A stretch of DNA of 40,000 nucleotides from Candidatus Bathyarchaeota archaeon (lineage in GTDB: Archaea > Thermoproteota > Bathyarchaeia > Bathyarchaeales > Bathycorpusculaceae). Of this stretch, positions 35,320-40,000 are shown one piece after another. Under the pieces are notes generated by a model, which saw only the letters and a list, made by a program, of their open reading frames with translations, made no database searches and had not been told where the DNA came from. Both the position numbers and the translations under genes were made by a program. The stretch covers positions 67,967 to 107,966 of the forward strand of contig CAVZKL010000011.1 in the NCBI GenBank assembly GCA_963775895.1, written 5' to 3'. How positions within the stretch are numbered: position 1 is the first letter of the stretch; each line of letters opens with the position of its first letter.

Positions 35320-36510
35320 TTAGAATGGCGACGTGTACTGTGGATCAGTGATCAGCATCGCGAGATGGAATGTGTCGTTCTGAATAGTGTAGATGGGTAT
35401 GGGCTTTATGGCTTCTCCTTGTGTGTACGAGTTGATGGTTCCTCCGACGCCGGTGTAGTTTGTGAGCGCTTTGATTCCATCTGTTATCTTTGCAGGGTCA
35501 GTTCCGACGTCTCCGATTACTTTGGCCAAGATTTTGATACAATCGTACGTGGTGTAAGACGAAGTCGGTCCTGGAGCTTTACCATATCGAGCCTCGTACG
35601 TTGTGGCGTAAGCTGCGGTCGAGGGGTCATCAAATACAAGATACGACAGAACGTATAGTCCTCCTCCGGTCGTTGCGACGTCTTTGACGCCAGCTAAGAA
35701 TTCCGGAGTGTTAGATGAAGAACCGAACATCATTGGAGCAGTTATTCCTAGGCCTCGCGCTTGAGACACGAACGGAATTGACATTGAAAAGTCATGTGGT
35801 CCCATTATGACGTCGGCTCCCGTCGCCTTTACTGCAGTCAGCATGGAAGTGTACTCTGCCTCTCCCCATTCGACGAGTTTGTCGTAGACGACTGTACCTC
35901 CAAGTGTCGTAAATTCGGCTTTCATGGCATTTGCGTAGGCTTCTTCGTAAGGATCCACTGTAACGATGGAAGCGAACTTTCTGGCTCCTAAGACGCTGTA
36001 GGCATAGTAAGCCATTGCTTTGCCAGGTGCGGTTGCAGACAAGCCTACTCGGAAAATGTATCCACCTTTGACTATGTCAGGATGGCCCGCCCATGGAACA
36101 AGCGCTGGCTCCTTTAGCTCGTTGAAGATTCCAGCTGCTGCGATGGCCAGGTCACTTCCGTGATTCAAGATTCCGGCCACAACATGGTCGTCCTGAATCA
36201 GTTTTCGAGACAAAGTTACTGCTCCCTCTGGAGTGCCGCCGTCGTCGTAGTAAATGAGTTGGATAGTTCTGCCGTTTATTCCACCTGCCTGGTTTATTTG
36301 TTCAACCGCGAGTTCTGCTCCGTTCAGTCCATCGAATCCAATCCAAGCTTCTGTGCCGGTCAAAGTGGCTACCATACCGATCTTTATGGGTCCAGATGTG
36401 GTTGCTGGTTGTATTGACGCGTAGTAAATTCCCCCAAAGGCCGCAACGGCAATTATGATCACTGCTATCACTGCTATTGCTATTCGCGATATTCCCCTTC
36501 TGTTCAACAA
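35320..36510 (-). CDS. ABC transporter substrate-binding protein (LivJ/K-type, periplasmic-binding-protein type I) with an N-terminal membrane anchor
   Basis: 396 aa. TTG start preceded by GGAGGA. N-terminal hydrophobic anchor IAIAVIAVIIIAVAAFGG, then IKIGMVATLTG. Confidence 0.85.
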   Translation of the reverse strand: MLNRRGISRIAIAVIAVIIIAVAAFGGIYYASIQPATTSGPIKIGMVATLTGTEAWIGFDGLNGAELAVEQINQAGGINGRTIQLIYYDDGGTPEGAVTLSRKLIQDDHVVAGILNHGSDLAIAAAGIFNELKEPALVPWAGHPDIVKGGYIFRVGLSATAPGKAMAYYAYSVLGARKFASIVTVDPYEEAYANAMKAEFTTLGGTVVYDKLVEWGEAEYTSMLTAVKATGADVIMGPHDFSMSIPFVSQARGLGITAPMMFGSSSNTPEFLAGVKDVATTGGGLYVLSYLVFDDPSTAAYATTYEARYGKAPGPTSSYTTYDCIKILAKVIGDVGTDPAKITDGIKALTNYTGVGGTINSYTQGEAIKPIPIYTIQNDTFHLAMLITDPQYTSPF

Positions 36511-36670
36511 ATTCCTCCACTATGATTGCAATCTATTCATGCTTAATAGTTTTTCCATTTTCGAGTCTTTGACTAATAGCACACGCCATGGCGGCCAGTC
36601 TTGAGTGTTTCAAGAAATTCGGAAATTATCAAGGTATGATCGAGTTCTTCAGGCTGTCAGTCTCTTCTTC

Positions 36671-37804
36671 TTATTTGGGTGTCACCATGGCTTTACAACA
36701 TTTTTTGTCCCTAGAAGTAAGAATAGCTTTTTCGGTTTCATCTATAGAAAATTTATGTGTGACTAGTTCTTCGTATGGATATCTGTCGATGGTCATCTCT
36801 ATAACGGACAATGCTGTACCAAGTTCTGATGGCGGGTACGCCCAGACGCCTAGGAGGTCCAGATCTCTGAAAGATATGTGTTGTGGGTTGATTGGAATTG
36901 TGCCGACGTCAGTGAAGTGCCCCAGTTCCACGTATTTGCCTCCTCTCCGAGTCATTTCCATTCCTTCTTGGAAAGCCACTGGCACTCCTGAACATTCGAT
37001 TACGACGTCTGCTCCTAGTCCACCTGTGAGTCTTCGAGCTTCTTGAATTCTCTTTTCAGATGTGTCATAGGTCTTCAGATCAATCACGTTGTCGACACCA
37101 AACTTCTTTGCCATCGCAATTCTGGAATCCACACCCTCTATTCCGATGACTTTTCGCGCGCCAGCAGTTTTGGCGGCAGCAGTCGTCAGTATACCGATCG
37201 GCCCGAGTCCCTGAACGATGACGGTTTTCCCTAGTCCAAATCCGTCTCCTGCGTATGGAAGACCGGGTTGGAAGGCTCTTTCAAGCCCTCTCAGTCCCAC
37301 GGCTAGAGGGTCGGCTAATATTCCAATTTCGGTTTTTATGACTTTAGGAGTTTTGAATATCCATGAACGAGGAACGATGTACATGTATTTTGAGTAGGCA
37401 CCGAACAGATGTGGTGGATCTTTGCAGCTCATTGTTATGCCATAAACCGGGCCCACTTCACACAGATTCGATCGGTGGGGCTCAAATCTGCAGAAGTAGC
37501 ATTCTCCGCATGGAACGGATGCGCAGACATTCACTCTGTCTCCTTCTACTATCTTGTTTCCAAATGCGTCTTTTCTTGGAAACTTTGACCCCATCTCTTC
37601 TATGATGAAAGTGGCTTCGTGCCCCATAACCATGGGGTAAGGCGCGGGCAGGTGTCCTTCGTAGACGTGCGGGTCGGTTCCGCATACGCCACAAGCTTCC
37701 ACCTTGAAAAGTGCAGAATTGTCTGCCACTTTGGGTTTTGGAAACTCTCTAATTTCAATCTTCTTAACTGCGGTCAACACCGCTGCCTTCACTTTCTCAA
37801 CCAT
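36671..37804 (-). CDS. Zinc-dependent medium-chain alcohol/polyol dehydrogenase
   Basis: 377 aa. CGVCGTDPH, GHE, structural-zinc CGECYFCRFEPHRSNLC, NAD fold VQGLGPIG. Confidence 0.85.
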   Translation of the reverse strand: MVEKVKAAVLTAVKKIEIREFPKPKVADNSALFKVEACGVCGTDPHVYEGHLPAPYPMVMGHEATFIIEEMGSKFPRKDAFGNKIVEGDRVNVCASVPCGECYFCRFEPHRSNLCEVGPVYGITMSCKDPPHLFGAYSKYMYIVPRSWIFKTPKVIKTEIGILADPLAVGLRGLERAFQPGLPYAGDGFGLGKTVIVQGLGPIGILTTAAAKTAGARKVIGIEGVDSRIAMAKKFGVDNVIDLKTYDTSEKRIQEARRLTGGLGADVVIECSGVPVAFQEGMEMTRRGGKYVELGHFTDVGTIPINPQHISFRDLDLLGVWAYPPSELGTALSVIEMTIDRYPYEELVTHKFSIDETEKAILTSRDKKCCKAMVTPK

Positions 37805-37939
37805 TCTCTAACAATCCTCACCTTGCAATTGATACAAAATCTAATCGCTTCAGCTCATATAAATAAGTTCCTCTGAACGTGTTGGACGGAGATGGAATGG
37901 AGGACTATGGTGAGTCAGGGTTGTAGGCTCGAGGCGTTT

Positions 37940-39031
37940 TCAACGTTTTACTTCTTCGAGGCCTGGTCCACGATCACGCGTTAAGAACATAGTCATGCAT
38001 CTTATTCCGTTGGTACCTCCTTTTGTTAACCCCGTGTTTTCGACTTCTATTACGTCGATGCCTTGTTTGCGCAGGGCGGCGTTCGTTATTTTCGCTCCTG
38101 CGGGCATTATCACTTTGCCGGGCTCCAACACGACGTTGTTGGCAGGAACGTATTTTTTCTGCTCGTCAGGAGGTATCTCTATCAGTGTGAAACCCTTTTC
38201 CTTCAACCACGCGTACGTCTGGTAGTCTAGGCATCCGGGATACACGACAGCGATGCCTGTATCCACGGTTCCTGCAACCATGTCTAGGTGAAATTCTCCT
38301 CCGGATTCAAAGCTGTCCATAATTGTTTGAAGGTAGACCAAATGATAGTCTTTGAGACCGCATCTCTGAAGAACGGGAAGAATCTGGTTGAGGCCTTCTT
38401 GGTTTCCTGCGCATGATTGATGAATCAGCAGAGCATCCTCGGCGATTGGTACTAGACCTGGACCCGTCTCGAAGATTCCATTGCCACAGACCATCAAGAG
38501 AATCGGGCAACCTATGCTTGCCAAGAATTTTTCAAAATGTGGTTCCAGCCCACGCTTATAGGAGGCGTGCCCATATCTGGACATTATTGCGCCTCCGTTG
38601 GTCACAAATACTTCGCAGGCCATGTAAAGCTTTCTCATCGGACCATAGGCACCCATTGGATCATCGATGTTCATCCAGTGGATATGAACGCCATTTTCCT
38701 TCAAGGTTTTCGCATAGGACTCGTGTTGAGATACTAATAGGTCTAGGGCTTTTTGATCTATTATGCCCTGCCTCATTAAGAAGAAGGTTGGGTCTTTAGC
38801 CCAGAGAGGGTTTGCTTCATGTTCGCTAGGCTTTATGAGGGCTACTTCTCGAAGTTTTCCAATGCCCTGTGCCCCCCATCGTTTGCCCCATATTCTCTCT
38901 AACTCATCAGAATACGAAAATTTGTCTAGTTTTTCGACTCTTGGAGGCTTGCCAGGCTCATAGTCTGGGTAATTATCTAGAGGATAATCCTCAATTCTGC
39001 CTTTCCACTCTTTTTTTGGATTCTGCAACAT
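37940..39031 (-). CDS. Guanidino-group-modifying (pentein) superfamily enzyme, arginine-deiminase/amidinotransferase-like
   Basis: 363 aa. GKLREVALIKPSEHE, EFHLDMV and the C-terminal GGTNGIRCMTMFLTRD (catalytic Cys context). GAGGTG lies 7 nt upstream of ATG 39031. Confidence 0.7.
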   Translation of the reverse strand: MLQNPKKEWKGRIEDYPLDNYPDYEPGKPPRVEKLDKFSYSDELERIWGKRWGAQGIGKLREVALIKPSEHEANPLWAKDPTFFLMRQGIIDQKALDLLVSQHESYAKTLKENGVHIHWMNIDDPMGAYGPMRKLYMACEVFVTNGGAIMSRYGHASYKRGLEPHFEKFLASIGCPILLMVCGNGIFETGPGLVPIAEDALLIHQSCAGNQEGLNQILPVLQRCGLKDYHLVYLQTIMDSFESGGEFHLDMVAGTVDTGIAVVYPGCLDYQTYAWLKEKGFTLIEIPPDEQKKYVPANNVVLEPGKVIMPAGAKITNAALRKQGIDVIEVENTGLTKGGTNGIRCMTMFLTRDRGPGLEEVKR

Positions 39032-39425
39032 TCAACACACCTCAGATTAAGAAATCTTGAAAAAAGGATATTTCTCGAAACCATCGCACTTGCCATCTCA
39101 GTCATTGATTTCGCGTGCGCTCGTGGATTATGGGTGCTATTCCTATCGATCGAATCATATATATAACTTTGGCACTTTTGAGGATTACTCGGCCGAGAAT
39201 AACTAGACCACGAGATGGTTTTGAAGCGCGCGCAAGGAGATTGGCCACGTTGCATTCAGATTACCATCCTAAGAAAGTAGTGTTAGTAGCTCTGAAGCGA
39301 AGATGCTTGCTTTCGAACAACTCCCAAATTCGATGCTTGGCAGTTCGCAAGGGATGCTAAACGGCCCAGCTTCCAAAATCAAAACGATTGAAAAAAAAGG
39401 AGTGAAAGTGATTTCACTTGCGTAC

Positions 39426-40000
39426 TTAGGCTGGTGGGACCATCTTGAAGTTCAAGTCGAGGTCTATTGCTTTTCTTCTGAGTTGGTAACGTCTGATGTA
39501 GTAGTAGATTATGCAAATGACGACCCAAGACCACATGACGACCAAGACTGGGACAGATGCTAAGCCGAGTGCAGGGGTTACGCTGTAATAGTAAAGTTGT
39601 AGGATCAAGAACGGAATGGCTATTGCGGCGATGACAGATATCAGTGTTCGCCATTTTGCAGCTGGTGAGGCTTTCCATATTTCTCTTGTGCTCTTGCGGA
39701 ACGGAAAGACTAACCCAGCTACCATCGTCATGAGGTATGAAAACACAATGACGTACATTGATACCAAGATGTAGGGAGATATGTAGCTGTAGACGAACAG
39801 CACGATTTCGACGCCTACAAACAGTATCCAATATGAATTGATAGGCGTCCCCGGCCACCTCTTGCTTATTCCAGATATCCATGCAGGCGTAATTCTGTCA
39901 AACGACTGTGATACTAGCACTCTTGTACAAGATAACCACACGTTGACCATCAATTGGTAGCAGTTGAAGATTATCCCGATGAATACGAGAATGATGACTA
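39426..40000 (-). CDS. APC-family amino acid/polyamine permease, C-terminal part (the gene continues beyond the window)
   Basis: The frame is open to base 40000. Several TM segments are followed by a basic cytoplasmic tail YYYIRRYQLRRK. Confidence 0.6.
   Translation of the reverse strand, partial: VIILVFIGIIFNCYQLMVNVWLSCTRVLVSQSFDRITPAWISGISKRWPGTPINSYWILFVGVEIVLFVYSYISPYILVSMYVIVFSYLMTMVAGLVFPFRKSTREIWKASPAAKWRTLISVIAAIAIPFLILQLYYYSVTPALGLASVPVLVVMWSWVVICIIYYYIRRYQLRRKAIDLDLNFKMVPPA

Noticed and set aside
1-40000. CRISPR arrays, transposases/integrases, prophage, toxin-antitoxin or defence-system genes
   Set aside because: I found no regularly spaced repeats, no terminal inverted repeats and no ORFs with nuclease, recombinase or defence-type motifs. 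The window is metabolic and transport in content throughout.

Overview
Archaeal-looking, gene-dense metabolic region, roughly 90% coding with about 36 protein genes. I recognised no rRNA, tRNA, CRISPR array, transposase or integrase. AT-rich TATA-like boxes sit about 22-33 nt upstream of many start codons, and some genes carry GGAGG/GAGGTG Shine-Dalgarno motifs instead. Gene order, left to right: a partial 4Fe-4S protein; a TfrAB/SdhAB-like fumarate reductase whose Fe-S subunit carries a CCG (HdrD/SdhE-like) domain; a PreA/DHOD-like flavoprotein; an MFS transporter; a DUF4392-like plus ornithine-cyclodeaminase-family pair. Next is a molybdenum/tungsten-cofactor island: xanthine-dehydrogenase-family FAD, 2Fe-2S and Mo subunits, MocA, XdhC, FmdE-like, DUF364-like, a class III aminotransferase, aldehyde:ferredoxin oxidoreductase with its ferredoxin, and MoaD/SAMP. 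Then come a two-gene group-4-type [NiFe] hydrogenase module with no membrane-subunit genes; an operon of M29-like aminopeptidase, class I aminotransferase, LarA-like protein and SucCD-like ligase; and a divergent transcarbamylase. The right end holds an acetate kinase tailing a LivKHMGF-type ABC importer, a Zn-ADH, an arginine-deiminase-like enzyme and a partial APC permease. The main sequence-level observation is that at least eight (possibly ten) otherwise well-conserved genes are split by single-nucleotide frame changes, six of the ten inside homopolymer runs. This looks more like assembly or sequencing indel error than gene decay and must be resolved before functional claims. Other non-genic signals: alternating (GC)3-5 tracts concentrated in the intergenic spacers, a 32-nt sequence at 16902-16933 that reappears split by 173 nt at the 5' end of the PreA-like gene, and short direct repeats in promoters of the Mo-enzyme genes. 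All functional calls rest on motif recognition by eye; no database search was possible. The lineage guess (an uncultivated heterotrophic archaeon) is inference only.
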